Source of the DNA: Novakomyces olei
Lineage: Eukaryota
NCBI GenBank assembly: GCA_016906335.1
Contig: JADEYG010000015.1
Location: 1,054,001-1,118,000 of the forward strand
Direction: 5' to 3'
Length of the DNA stretch: 64,000 bases
The translations under genes were made by a program, and so were the position numbers. Below the pieces are notes generated by a model, which saw only the letters and a list, made by a program, of their open reading frames with translations, ran no database searches and was not told where the DNA came from. Shown one piece after another: positions 1-11,039 of this stretch (the first letter of the stretch is position 1; every line of letters begins with the position of its first letter).

Positions 1-3000
1 GGCAAACGTAGCCAAACCGAGTATATCCTCGAATTTGAATGAAATTGTACATGAAAAGGACGATATGACTGAGCTCATATCGCCCGATGCTTTACGAGCC
101 ATATACAACAAACCTTTCCCCGTCAAGTACGTGGCCAGCTCAAAGGAAGAGCTGCAAGATATAATCTGGTTGGACATTGCTAGAAGGCAAGTCCCCCGTG
201 TCCATCGACTGATCCATTTAAACCGCAATGTTCATCTCAGCAATTTGCGTAAAACTATCCAGCTGGCAACAAAGGAGTCTAAGCGCTGGCAGTTCCGTAC
301 AAACAAGAACGTCAAGGACCAGCAGTCCAAGGCGAAGAGGGCAATGCGAGAAATGCTGGTGTTTTGGAAGCGACACGAGCGGGAAGAGCGGGATACACGG
401 AGACGTGCTGAGCGGGATGCTGCGGAAAAGGCTCGCAAGGAAGAAGAGGCTCGGGAATCAAGAAGGCAGGCGCGTAAGCTGAATTTTTTGATTACTCAAA
501 CCGAGCTCTATTCCCATTTTGTGGGCAACAAACTGGGCGAGAATGGTAATGGCAGCCAGCCTGCTCCTGATCAATTAGCAGTCACAGACGGAGGAGCAGA
601 TGTGGCCGAGGCCAATGGACCAATTGACTTTGATGCGGATGATGAGCAAGTAATCCATCGGGCGGCAATGAGGAATGCTCAACAGGCAGTAGCTCAAGCA
701 CGAGCAACTGCACAAACATTTGATGCCCCCTCACAGACTGCGGACGGCCAGGGCAACGAATACAATGAGGGCGAAATGAACTTTACAAATCCACAAATGG
801 CCGGTGATATTGATGTTAAACAGCCCTCAATGCTGGCCTGCCAGCTGAAGGAGTATCAGCTGAAAGGCCTTAATTGGCTGGTCAATTTATACGAGCAAGG
901 AATCAACGGGATCCTGGCGGACGAGATGGGTCTGGGTAAGACTGTACAGAGCATCTCTGTCATGGCCTATCTTGCTGAGGCCCATAATATATGGGGTCCC
1001 TTTCTAGTTATTGCCCCGGCCTCTACCCTGCACAATTGGCAGCAGGAGATTACGAGGTTTGTGCCCAATCTACGTGCTCTCCCATACTGGGGCAATGGCA
1101 AAGATCGTAAAGTGCTGCGCAAGTTTTGGTCTCGCAAGAGTCTGCAGTACACAAAAGATGCACCCTTCCATGTTGTCATTACGAGTTACCAGCTCGTTGT
1201 TCAAGACGCACAGTATTTCCAGAAAGTAAGGTGGCAGTATATGATCCTGGACGAAGCCCAGGCCATAAAGTCGAGCCAGAGCTCGAGGTGGAAGAACCTG
1301 CTGGCCTTCCACTGCCGCAATCGGCTGCTGCTTACAGGCACACCGATCCAGAACAATATGCAAGAGCTGTGGGCTCTTTTGCATTTCATTATGCCTACGC
1401 TCTTTGATTCGCATGACGAGTTTAGCGATTGGTTCTCCAAGGACATTGAGAGCCATGCTCAGAGCAATACACAGTTGAACGAGCAGCAGCTGCGTCGGCT
1501 GCATATGATTTTGAAGCCCTTTATGCTTCGGCGGGTAAAGAAGAATGTGCAGAGCGAGCTGGGCGAGAAGATTGAAAAGGAGATCTTTTGTGATTTATCC
1601 CACCGGCAGCGGACACTGTACCGACAGCTGCGGGACAAGATTTCCGTTGCAGAGATCTTGCAAAGGGCCTCTGATGGTGGGAACGATGACGTAGCCAGCC
1701 TGATGAACCTGGTGATGCAGTTTCGTAAAGTGTGCAACCACCCAGACTTGTTTGAGCGGGCAGACGTACGCAGCCCTCTGTGCTTTGGCGAGTGGGTCGA
1801 GACGGCCAGTCTGCTCAGGGAGACTGCACTGTATGTGCCCTATGCTCTGCGCAGTATGATAAAACTGCCTCTGCCCCGGCTGGTCTACCGCGACGGCGGA
1901 CTGCTCACAGAGCCAGGGTACAACTGTGCCGCTGGGTTCAGGGCAAAGTATATCGGCAACTTGCTCAGTGTATGGAACCCGGCACTGAGCAGTACTAACC
2001 TCGCCTCCCTACTAAAAGCCAGCAGCCTGTCTCCGGCAGAGGCCTACAGTATACATAAGCAGTCGCTGGTAGACAGGGCCCTCTGTCTGCAGTTGGACGA
2101 GCGCAGCAGTGCTGCTATGGCACAAACAACTCGGCAGCAATGGATTGAGCAAGACAATAGAGACAAAAAAGACAAAGACAATAGGGCCACGGGGCCCCGT
2201 GGCTCTATCAGACTGGACCAGATAACAGCCTGGCCAGACTACTCGGCCGGCAATGGACCCATGTCTGAGCTTTTGAGTGTGGGCCGACGCGTATTCGCTC
2301 GGGAGCGGCTGAACCGTATTGCGCCAATGTACGATGCCAGTGTGGCTGCTCCACCAGTCGAGGCTATCTGCAGTGACAGGACGTTTGTTACGGAGCAAGA
2401 GCAGCTGCTGTTTAGCCCACTGAGGAAGAAACAGCTGATGGGCCCCAATGAGCTGGACGAAAATGCCGTTTTGTACATGGGACAGGACCCTCCCTTACTG
2501 CCCCACTCGCTGCTACCGGCTCCGAACCTTGATCTGGCCGGGTTCTCGTCCATACGGGTCCCCTCAATGTCTCGCTTCTTATCGGACTCTGGCAAACTGG
2601 CACAGCTGGATAAACTGCTGGCCCGGTTGAAAGTGGACGGGCACCGTGTCCTTATTTACTTTCAAATGACACGCATGATTGATCTGATGGAGGAGTACCT
2701 AACGTACCGGCAGTACCGCTACCTCCGCCTGGACGGGTCCTCCCGTATCTCTGAGCGCAGAGATATGGTCAATGACTGGCAGACGAGGCCAGAGCTGTTT
2801 GTGTTTTTGCTCAGCACCCGTGCTGGTGGTCTCGGGATCAATTTGACTGCCGCTGACACCGTCATCTTCTACGATAGTGACTGGAATCCGACGATAGACA
2901 GTCAGGCAGCAGATAGGGCTCATCGCCTGGGCCAAACAAAGCAGGTTACCGTGTACCGGCTCATTACAAGGGGCACTATCGAGGAGAGGATCCTGCGCCG

Positions 3001-3373
3001 AGCCAGGGAGAAGGAGGAAGTACAAAAAGTTGTTATTTCTGGGGGAGAATACAAGAAGGATGTCGACTTTAGCAAAGGCTCTCGCGAAGTTGTTTCCTGG
3101 CTTTTGGACGACGATGAGCTGGAGTTGCAGGCACAGAGACAGCAGCAAATAGAAGCAGCAAATCCCACGAATGGCAATAAACCGTCGAGGGGTAAGAGGC
3201 AGGCAAGCGGACGCAAGTCTGGAAGCACAGGTGCAGGCGCTTCCACGCCAGCTGGTAACGGAACACTATCTATGGAAGACATGTACCATGAAGGCGAGGG
3301 CAATTTCGACACGGACACTACGCCGTCAGGCGCAGGCACTCCGGCGCGTGTCAGTACAAAGAAGCGGCGGTAG
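1..3373 (+). CDS. INO80: INO80 chromatin-remodelling ATPase (Snf2 family), 5' partial
   Basis: Frame is open from base 2. DBINO segment (RQARKLNFLITQTELYSHF), GILADEMGLGKT, DEAQ, split helicase with long insertion, QAADRAHRLGQ. No intron seen. Confidence 0.96.
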   Translation, partial: ANVAKPSISSNLNEIVHEKDDMTELISPDALRAIYNKPFPVKYVASSKEELQDIIWLDIARRQVPRVHRLIHLNRNVHLSNLRKTIQLATKESKRWQFRTNKNVKDQQSKAKRAMREMLVFWKRHEREERDTRRRAERDAAEKARKEEEARESRRQARKLNFLITQTELYSHFVGNKLGENGNGSQPAPDQLAVTDGGADVAEANGPIDFDADDEQVIHRAAMRNAQQAVAQARATAQTFDAPSQTADGQGNEYNEGEMNFTNPQMAGDIDVKQPSMLACQLKEYQLKGLNWLVNLYEQGINGILADEMGLGKTVQSISVMAYLAEAHNIWGPFLVIAPASTLHNWQQEITRFVPNLRALPYWGNGKDRKVLRKFWSRKSLQYTKDAPFHVVITSYQLVVQDAQYFQKVRWQYMILDEAQAIKSSQSSRWKNLLAFHCRNRLLLTGTPIQNNMQELWALLHFIMPTLFDSHDEFSDWFSKDIESHAQSNTQLNEQQLRRLHMILKPFMLRRVKKNVQSELGEKIEKEIFCDLSHRQRTLYRQLRDKISVAEILQRASDGGNDDVASLMNLVMQFRKVCNHPDLFERADVRSPLCFGEWVETASLLRETALYVPYALRSMIKLPLPRLVYRDGGLLTEPGYNCAAGFRAKYIGNLLSVWNPALSSTNLASLLKASSLSPAEAYSIHKQSLVDRALCLQLDERSSAAMAQTTRQQWIEQDNRDKKDKDNRATGPRGSIRLDQITAWPDYSAGNGPMSELLSVGRRVFARERLNRIAPMYDASVAAPPVEAICSDRTFVTEQEQLLFSPLRKKQLMGPNELDENAVLYMGQDPPLLPHSLLPAPNLDLAGFSSIRVPSMSRFLSDSGKLAQLDKLLARLKVDGHRVLIYFQMTRMIDLMEEYLTYRQYRYLRLDGSSRISERRDMVNDWQTRPELFVFLLSTRAGGLGINLTAADTVIFYDSDWNPTIDSQAADRAHRLGQTKQVTVYRLITRGTIEERILRRAREKEEVQKVVISGGEYKKDVDFSKGSREVVSWLLDDDELELQAQRQQQIEAANPTNGNKPSRGKRQASGRKSGSTGAGASTPAGNGTLSMEDMYHEGEGNFDTDTTPSGAGTPARVSTKKRR

Positions 3374-3494
3374 GCGGCACAGTATTCCATTAATTTCAAC
3401 AGTAAATGGAATATAGTGAAAGGCAAATTGCTCTTTTATTTTGTCCAATACAGTGTCCATACTGGTCAGGCCTAAATCGGGCGTTGAGCAGAGC

Positions 3495-3571
3495 CTGCAA
3501 ATGTCTGCAAATGTCTGCAAATGTCTGCAGATGTCTGCAAATGTCTGCAAATGTCTGCAGATGTCTACAAA
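3495..3571. repeat. 10-bp minisatellite (CTGCAAATGT), ~7.5 copies
   Basis: Tandem copies read directly, with CTGCAGATGT and CTACAAA variants. Confidence 0.95.
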
Positions 3572-3697
3572 CGATAGAATAGGCTGATATTTTGAATAGA
3601 GCTATGGGAGATATTCATCATTGTGCAATCTTGCCACTACACAGGCAGTGCCGTTGCAATTGTAACCAACCGTATACATATTATAAATGACTCTTGT

Positions 3698-3707
3698 TTA
3701 TATATAG

Positions 3708-3739
<32 letters not shown>

Positions 3740-3768
3740 GTATATTAGTTTTAATATATATATATATA
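3698..3768. repeat. (TA)n microsatellite
   Basis: Two TA runs upstream of the Zn2Cys6 gene. Confidence 0.95.
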
Positions 3769-3873
3769 AAATCATAAGACCACAATCAGGGTTAGGGTTA
3801 GTTATAATTGTACCTTTAATGGCAGCCCCGTTTGCGACAAAGGCGAAAGGCACACGGGCCAAAGTGCCGTTAA

Positions 3874-6333
3874 ATGGCGCACGCAGACGTGTCGAGTGAG
3901 GACACGTTAACGCCGCGTCGGCGTTACCGCGGCCTAAAATCGTGTGTGCTCTGCCATCGCCGAAAAATACGGTGCGACCGTGTTTTCCCCTGTTCACATT
4001 GTCGCGATCGCAATCAGCAAGCGCTGTGTCCAGGATTCCATGACGAGGACTCTGTGCTTAAAGCGGCGGCCGGTAATAATCGCGTAATAAAGCACCCTCA
4101 GTCTGAGTCGTGGCGGCTGAAAACGGGTGCCGTTAAGCCAATTGGCGGAGACGTACAGTCTACTCGCAATGGCTCTCACCAAATAGCGCCGACAACGATG
4201 GCTCTTGAAAGCGGCAGTGCCGATAGCGCCGGCAGCACTGACTCGTGTTTTTCCGCCGGCAAAGGCAAAGCCGCGTCTGCTTCCACGACCATCGCACTCG
4301 CGAACCAACGGTCTGGTCGGCGGATGCGTAGTGTGTCTTTGACTGAGCCGGCAATAAAGTATACAGGAGGGACACAGTACTCTTCCTCTCGGCCGAGTTA
4401 TAGAGCCATCAACCATAAACCAAAGCCGTCCGTTGCACGAGTGGAGAGTTTGCCGTCTCAATATAGTCCGACCGAGAGTTTGTCGTCTCAAAGTTTGCCG
4501 ATAGAGAGCTGTCCACCGGAATCCCACTCTTTAGCTCTTTCTCCCACCCTCAAACATGCGCCTCTAACCACCTCCAATCATGCCAATCCTGGAGCCAACG
4601 ACAATGCCTTTGTTGGCCTCAACACGGACCGGCACGGCCATTCACGGACGGTGGGCATTCTCGACGCTACTGACGAAACGGACCCGCCAGCACAGAATGG
4701 GACGGGTTCCTTTATAGCCAATGGCTCTGTCTACTCCGTTGACCCTCTGCTGCCAATGACGGGGACTCCTGTATTCTCCATAAAGGAGCTCAAGGCCGCT
4801 CTTCCACCGGCAGAAACAGCCACCAGACTCGTACAAACTGCCCTCGAGTACACTGACGTCATTGCCCACAGTTATTATCGGCCAGACGTGGAACGGCGGC
4901 TGCCGGGGCTCCGGCAGCTGCCTCACTGCCTCGAAACTCTCTACGCCTACGCTTTCTACTATGCCCTTTTCGCTATCGGCGACCTTTTTGCCGGGGGTAA
5001 GGCATACGTTGAGCACTATACCCGCTCAAAGGCGTGTTTGGCACAGACACAGTTTGTGTCGGACGGCTCAATGGACGCGTTGAACGCTCTGTTTCTGCAT
5101 GTAACACTGCTTACGCATCTGCCTGCAAGGGCACGGTACACGAGGGCAGCGGGCAATTTACTGGCTCTTGTCCACCGTACTGCCATCCTGATGGGCCTCG
5201 ACAAACGTGTGGCGGCCTGGCAATTGCCGCCAGTGGCAGAGGAGACAAGGACTCGGGCCTGGTGGAGTATTGCGGCTGTGGATATGACTCTGAGCTGGAG
5301 TACAGGGCTGCCTCCTCTGACCTTTGACTATGGCTATGTGCCTGTACGCAATTGCTCCGATGAGGAGCTGGGCACTGCTCCAGACTCGGCTGCTATTCCC
5401 AATCATGCCCTGGGCCATGAGGAGCTCCAGGGGTTCGATGCGTGTGCCTCTACTTACTGGCTCTTTTACGAGTACTATGCCTACACCCAGTCGCCTGCTG
5501 CCATTGACTATGACCGTGTAGTAGAGTTGACTGACCGGCTGCAAGTACCCACCCGGGGCCTGGACGTCCGGACTCTGCCTGCCGATCCCAGTATCGGGTA
5601 CGTTCACTTCCGCTTTACCCGCTGGCTGCTGCAAGTAGTCCTGCACCGTCGTTATGTCTTGGAAATGTCCCGCCAGAATCGGCAGCAATCGCAATTGCAA
5701 TCGCAAACTGCTGCCGGTCCTACGTACCTTTATACTATCGCTCTCATGTCCTCAATCACTGCGGCAATGGCGGCAATGATTGAAACGGTAAACGCTTCAG
5801 AGGGGAAAGCAAAGCGATTGCTGTACCGCTCTTCTGTCTACGCAAGAATAACTGCCAGCAGTGCCCTGCTTACTATGAAACTGGCAGTAATGCCCAACAC
5901 TGCTTTGCTCGCGGCCAGTGGACCTCATTTTGCTACAATTGCTGGCTACCTGTCCACGTTCCCTGCCCTGAGATTTGGAGAACTGTACCATGCTTTTTGT
6001 AACGGTACAGAGGCTTTCTTTGCCAGTATGCGCCGGCATCTGGGAAACACATTCACGTCTACACTGCCTACTGCTCAGCAGGATAGTCTGAGGCAGGCTC
6101 AGGCCAGTGACGAGAGCAATTCTGCCGTTGATTATGAATCAGCAGCGGCAGCAGTTCTAATGGAAGCAGCAGCGGGCAATCGTTCGGCGGCCGCGACAGC
6201 GTCGAAGCACGGGTACAATCACCCAGAGAATGGGGCTGACTACAGCGGCGTTGGGGAGGGCGACGATTTTGCTTGGCTGCAGGCAATCGTGTATGGCGAA
6301 ACGGAGATGCTGGACCGCGTTTTGGCCGGCTGA
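3874..6333 (+). CDS. Zn(II)2Cys6 transcription factor with fungal-specific TF (middle homology) domain
   Basis: CVLCHRRKIRCDRVFPCSHCRDRNQQALC cluster; 'AILMGLD...EETRTRAWWSIAAVD..LSWSTGLPP' motif; intronless 819 aa ORF. Confidence 0.93.
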   Translation: MAHADVSSEDTLTPRRRYRGLKSCVLCHRRKIRCDRVFPCSHCRDRNQQALCPGFHDEDSVLKAAAGNNRVIKHPQSESWRLKTGAVKPIGGDVQSTRNGSHQIAPTTMALESGSADSAGSTDSCFSAGKGKAASASTTIALANQRSGRRMRSVSLTEPAIKYTGGTQYSSSRPSYRAINHKPKPSVARVESLPSQYSPTESLSSQSLPIESCPPESHSLALSPTLKHAPLTTSNHANPGANDNAFVGLNTDRHGHSRTVGILDATDETDPPAQNGTGSFIANGSVYSVDPLLPMTGTPVFSIKELKAALPPAETATRLVQTALEYTDVIAHSYYRPDVERRLPGLRQLPHCLETLYAYAFYYALFAIGDLFAGGKAYVEHYTRSKACLAQTQFVSDGSMDALNALFLHVTLLTHLPARARYTRAAGNLLALVHRTAILMGLDKRVAAWQLPPVAEETRTRAWWSIAAVDMTLSWSTGLPPLTFDYGYVPVRNCSDEELGTAPDSAAIPNHALGHEELQGFDACASTYWLFYEYYAYTQSPAAIDYDRVVELTDRLQVPTRGLDVRTLPADPSIGYVHFRFTRWLLQVVLHRRYVLEMSRQNRQQSQLQSQTAAGPTYLYTIALMSSITAAMAAMIETVNASEGKAKRLLYRSSVYARITASSALLTMKLAVMPNTALLAASGPHFATIAGYLSTFPALRFGELYHAFCNGTEAFFASMRRHLGNTFTSTLPTAQQDSLRQAQASDESNSAVDYESAAAAVLMEAAAGNRSAAATASKHGYNHPENGADYSGVGEGDDFAWLQAIVYGETEMLDRVLAG

Positions 6334-6512
6334 GTTGGGGCCGTGTGCTGCGATTATTACACTAGGCTACTAGTATTAATTTCTGTATGATTAACCCTAA
6401 CCCTGACTCGCTACTCCTTGTAATGCTGATAACGCTTGATGCGTAATTTACGTCTTTTTGCGTTGACCTGTAATTTTACACTGCCAATCTATGCGTAATC
6501 GAATACTAAAAG

Positions 6513-7115
6513 TAAAATCTGCAATAAAATCTGCAAATCTACAAATAAAATCTGCAAATAAACCTGCAAATAAAATCTACAAATAAATCTACAAATAAAG
6601 TCTGCAAATAAAATCTGCAAATAAACCTGCAATAAAATCTGCAGTTAAACCTGCAATAAAACCTGCAAATAAATCTACAAATAAAATCTGCAAATAAAAT
6701 CTGCAAATCTACAAATAAAACCTGCAAATAAACCTGCAAATAAATCTGCAATAAAACCTGCAAATAAATCTACAAATAAAACCTGCAAATAAATCTACAA
6801 ATAAAATCTGCAAATAAACCTGCAATAAAATCTACAAATAACACCTGCAAATAAACCTGCAAATAAATCTACAAATAAATCTGCAATAAAATCTGCAAAT
6901 CTACAAATAAAACCTGCAAATAAACCTGCAAATAAATCTGCAATAAAACCTGCAAATAAATCTACAAATAAAACCTGCAAATAAACCTGCAAATAAATCT
7001 GCAATAAAACCTGCAAATAAATCTACAAATAAAATCTGCAAATAAACCTGCAATAAAATCTACAAATAAATCTGCAAATAAAGTCTACAACAAAATCTAC
7101 AACAAATCTACAAAC
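6513..7115. repeat. ~600-bp A-rich satellite of 11-13 bp units (AAA[T/C]CT[G/A]CAAAT)
   Basis: Continuous tandem variants of CTGCAAATAAA and CTACAAATAAA. Confidence 0.97.
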
Positions 7116-7150
7116 CTGTCAATTGCTGTCGGCTTTAAGCCGCAAGACTG

Positions 7151-8449
7151 ATGGCAGAATACACAGTCACTGTGGGCGACTCGCTGTGGGAAGGCAAACC
7201 GGGCCCTCTGATTGGCCGGTTTACCGGGTTCCAGCCGCCCGCGGCCTCGACAGAGTTCCAAGTCGCGGTAGCGAAACACGACCCGTCAAACTCGTCAGGG
7301 CGCAAACGCCAGGCGGTCGTGTGCCACGCGGAGACGGACAGAATCGCGTACAGCGGCAGTCGCGGTGTGAGCAGTGCTCAGTATGACAGTGAGTACTTTG
7401 ACGACTCTGACTGCACTTTTGCCCTCGCTACTTTTGACGCTGATGGGCATACTGTCCTTCTAACGCCGATGCCGATAGTCCCCTTTACACGGAGGGTTAA
7501 GCGGTTAGCGGCCGTTGATGCTGCCGCTGCTACTGTGCGGTCAGAGGCAACGCAGGACGAAAACCCTGCTCAGGCGCGTAAAGATTTGGGTGCTGCTTTT
7601 GGGACGCGTAAACGGCAGCGCGAGATTGAACGGCTCGATGCTAACCGGATCGATTCCTCAATGGTCTTTGGCAACAGCGGAGGGGGCAATGCTCAAAGGG
7701 CAATCGGTGCAGAAATGGACCAGACTCGGCTTGCAACTGCTGCCTCTTCTACCTCTTCTGCCTCTAATTCTATTGTTCCTGTTCACCACGCAGACAGGTC
7801 GAGTGTGGAAGAGGTGTACAATCTGCAAGAGATTTTTGGTCAGCAGCTCCTTGAAGCTGTGCCCGTTAAACGGCTGATTGCCAGCCACTCTGAGGAGAAA
7901 CCGCTGTGGAAACAGCCGTTGTTTGCGGCTTCGCCGTACGTGCAAGCTGCTTTACGCTCTGTGCTGGAAGGCAATGAGCACCCTCCGCTCGCACGGGTGG
8001 GTTACTTGTTCATTATTGCTGTTTTACGGACTATTTTGCGGTACAATCGGCAGGCGGCCAACAGGGAAACGTTTTACTCGAAATTCGGGCCTCTTGTTCC
8101 CCACGCTATTGTCGACCAGCTGATGGAAATGTTTCGGGAACCCGGGGCCGGTGACAGCGGTGAAATGAGCCCGCGAATGCTGGACAAGCTGGTCTGCCAC
8201 ATGTTTGTCGTTTGCCTGCACCACGACGGCTTTGCTGTAGATATTGCTCGGTTCCCGTCTGATTTGAATATACCTCAAAGGCGGATAATCGAGCTGTTTC
8301 GCACCCTGGGCTGCCGCGTAGTGCCGCTGACAGAGACACAGCGGGCCGCTCAGGGGATTAACAAGGCCGATGCTAAAGCTTACAAACGTGCTGTTTTGAA
8401 ATTACCGCTGGATTTCCCTCAGCCGCGTCGCCGAGGAGGCGCAAGGTAG
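7151..8449 (+). CDS. RPA49: RNA polymerase I subunit A49
   Basis: 'ARKDLGAAFGTRKRQR', 'VEEVYNLQEI', 'ELFRTLGCRV', C-terminal 'AVLKLPLDFP' match the A49 family. Confidence 0.9.
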   Translation: MAEYTVTVGDSLWEGKPGPLIGRFTGFQPPAASTEFQVAVAKHDPSNSSGRKRQAVVCHAETDRIAYSGSRGVSSAQYDSEYFDDSDCTFALATFDADGHTVLLTPMPIVPFTRRVKRLAAVDAAAATVRSEATQDENPAQARKDLGAAFGTRKRQREIERLDANRIDSSMVFGNSGGGNAQRAIGAEMDQTRLATAASSTSSASNSIVPVHHADRSSVEEVYNLQEIFGQQLLEAVPVKRLIASHSEEKPLWKQPLFAASPYVQAALRSVLEGNEHPPLARVGYLFIIAVLRTILRYNRQAANRETFYSKFGPLVPHAIVDQLMEMFREPGAGDSGEMSPRMLDKLVCHMFVVCLHHDGFAVDIARFPSDLNIPQRRIIELFRTLGCRVVPLTETQRAAQGINKADAKAYKRAVLKLPLDFPQPRRRGGAR

Positions 8450-8813
8450 ATTGCAACAGCCCAGCGTGTTTTGTGGACTAGTCGAGTGTATATATAGATT
8501 GTAGCATTTAATTTAAAGCATTTAAAAGCGTTCATTTTAAGATTTAAAAGCATTTAAAAGCATTTTAAAGCATCAATTTAAAGCATTTACATGGACAAGA
8601 CTATGGAAAGCAATGGCCAGTGAAAGCAACGGTAAATGCAGGCGGCTGATTCAATGTGTAAGGCAAAACATCAGATCGCAGGAGTAATCTGCCATAGGAT
8701 GAGCCAGTGCTAATGTATTTCGGATTTATCAAGGACCAGTGTCGACAAAGTCAAACTATAAACTAAAAACGCGTTTGCAATAAAGCCAGCAGTGGTATCA
8801 AATCATGTCCTCG

Positions 8814-9456
8814 TCAGGCCGAGTCCATGCATGCTTCAAGGTCGCGTACCATTGCCCTTATACCCGAATCCTTGGGTTCTAGTTCGAGGGCAATAAGCGC
8901 CGAATCGATAGCATCCTTCCATCGGCACATGGCCTTGAGCGCTTGAGCTCGGCGGAAATGAGCTTTAGCAAACTCTGGCCGAATTTCGATGGCAGTGTCA
9001 GCATCAACCAATGCCTCGGGTAGCGAGTCGGCGCCGAGGTAAGCGGCAGAGCGATTACACAGGAGTACAGGCAGCTCTTCCCGCGAAATAACGGCAGGCT
9101 CGAACCAAGGCCGACTGGCCGCCATCCCAAGGGACAGCGAGTACAGTCTAATTGCCTCGGCATGTTTTCCACGCGCAAAGGCAGCATTGCCGCTTTCACG
9201 CATTTTAACAACCTGCACGCCCAGCCGTGGATCCAATTTAATGCCGGGCGCTATTGGCGGAGGCACTGGGCCGCGAAGCATCGAAAAGAAACGCACCATT
9301 TCGTTTACATTTTCAATAGCAGAATTGGCTTCGGGAGCCGAACCCGATACCGAAACTCGTCCTGTTTTGGTATCAGCCGCTAAGGGCAATTCTCCTATTC
9401 CGCGTCAGTGGGACCACAGTCAAGGGCTTACGAAACGTGTCCGATACCGCCGACAT
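8814..9456 (-). CDS. SEC72: TPR-domain ER translocation subunit Sec72-like; 2 exons (intron 9395-9431, 37 nt)
   Basis: ATG at 9456; GTAAGC..CTGAC..TAG intron joins MSAVSDTFR to ELPLAAD; TPR segment 'ESGNAAF...AIRLYSLSLGMAASRPWFEP...NRSAAY'. Confidence 0.75.
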
Positions 9457-9649
9457 TGCAATTGCAATCTGGGTACGAGTGTAAACCGTAACTTAAAATA
9501 ATCAGTAAATTAATTTCAAACTATAAATTTATGATTAATCTAATTAATTCAAATAATTCTACCAGTCTATAATTAATTCAAATTAATTCAAATTAATTCT
9601 AATCTGAATTAAATCTTTATGCTTTAATTATCGTTACGACGCCGTTGCC

Positions 9650-10261
9650 ATGGATCCCAAGGAGGCGGCCTCGCCAACGTTTGCGGCTATGCGAAATGCG
9701 TTGAACCTGCAGGTTCTGCAATTGCACGATCTAGAGATCCATGCAGTGTTGGAGACTTCGTCCTATGTTGTCCTGTACGAGTTTGATGAAGGCCGGGGTG
9801 AATGGGTAACGAGACGGCTAAAGAGATTGTGTTCTAATATACAGATGAAATGTGGGTGCGAGGGCACTTTGTTTGTGTACATTGAACGTAACGGGTCTGT
9901 AAAGTATCTAGTGCTGAACCGGCACTCGCTCACGACTCCGTGCATAGAGGTTGTTGAGAATGCGGATGATAATGATCCTGATATTGTGAAAATGGACGAT
10001 TTTGTAATTCATCGGCAGCCCACAGGCAGAGTTTTGGGTCTATGGATTTTTGAAAAAGATGACAGGGAACGTATTTTCCAGCAACTGGTACGGATTCAGA
10101 AATCAGCTGCTTTCCTGAGACTAGAGCGTGGGCTGCTGCCACGCAAGCAGACTTCTGATGTGACCAAAGCAGCAAACAAGCTCGGGCTCACTTCTGGTGT
10201 AGCCGGTCAGCCTCGCGGCCGGAGTATACCTCTCAGTGAACTTTTTCGCGCTAAAACTTGA
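9650..10261 (+). CDS. DCP1: mRNA decapping activator Dcp1 (EVH1 domain); in-frame intron 9806-9844
   Basis: 'LNLQVLQLHD', 'YVVLYEF', 'EGTLFVY', 'VLNRHS', 'GLWIF'. Confidence 0.9.
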   Translation: MDPKEAASPTFAAMRNALNLQVLQLHDLEIHAVLETSSYVVLYEFDEGRGEWVTRRLKRLCSNIQMKCGCEGTLFVYIERNGSVKYLVLNRHSLTTPCIEVVENADDNDPDIVKMDDFVIHRQPTGRVLGLWIFEKDDRERIFQQLVRIQKSAAFLRLERGLLPRKQTSDVTKAANKLGLTSGVAGQPRGRSIPLSELFRAKT

Positions 10262-11039
10262 ATTTGCGGGGTTAGTGCACCTGTTGGGTGATCGCATTTT
10301 GCACGATTTTCAAACTCCTATCCTAATCGAATGCTGTGCATTCGTTATTATCGTATTTACGGTGTCAAGCGTTTGTGCAAAATGGGCAGCAAAGTCAGAG
10401 TCTGTTTGAAACGATTAAAGGCGTTTCTTCTACAATCCTTCGACATACACTGTGATTCCTGTTTACAAGGGATCTCGCCTGTCGCACATTCTCGGAAAAG
10501 CTCGTGAAGCCACTACTTTTGGAGTGAAAAGGCTGAAGGTTTGGGGCTATGCCGGATAGTATCAGCTTGTACGGTAAATGCAGGCTATATCGACACGTAA
10601 TATATCGGTCGCAGATTTAATAAATCTCGAGCACTACACACCAAACTATAATAAAACAACTTTGCATTTGTACATCAACATTCATTGCTTTGGCATCATT
10701 GCTGCCCTACTGTGTCGTATACTCTAACCCCATCGAGACAAAAAGTGTGCCTCTAATGTTTGTGTATCAGTTCTTTATTTTTTTTAATTAACAGCCGCTA
10801 GTCTCGTAACAATCCTAAAAGCCTATATAAGCTACGGCAAAGCGCTGTCTAAGTTTACACACTCCCATTACAAAATACCGCAAAAAACGCGATTCTTTTG
10901 TCCCATTTTAATTAATTATCCAATTAATAAGATACTGCAGAAGGCTCACAAGCTTACTTGAGCATCCGTGATCTGATAACCACTTGGCTTATCGATTACG
11001 AAATGCATTCAGAGCGCATACATTAATGTATATGCATTT

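Noticed and set aside
3786-6406. DNA transposon with terminal inverted repeats
   Set aside because: No TSD or transposase, and the same motif is dispersed elsewhere; kept only as a motif observation.
6513-7115. CRISPR-like array, or coding ORFs in the satellite
   Set aside because: No unique spacers and a eukaryotic context; the ORFs are repeat artefacts.
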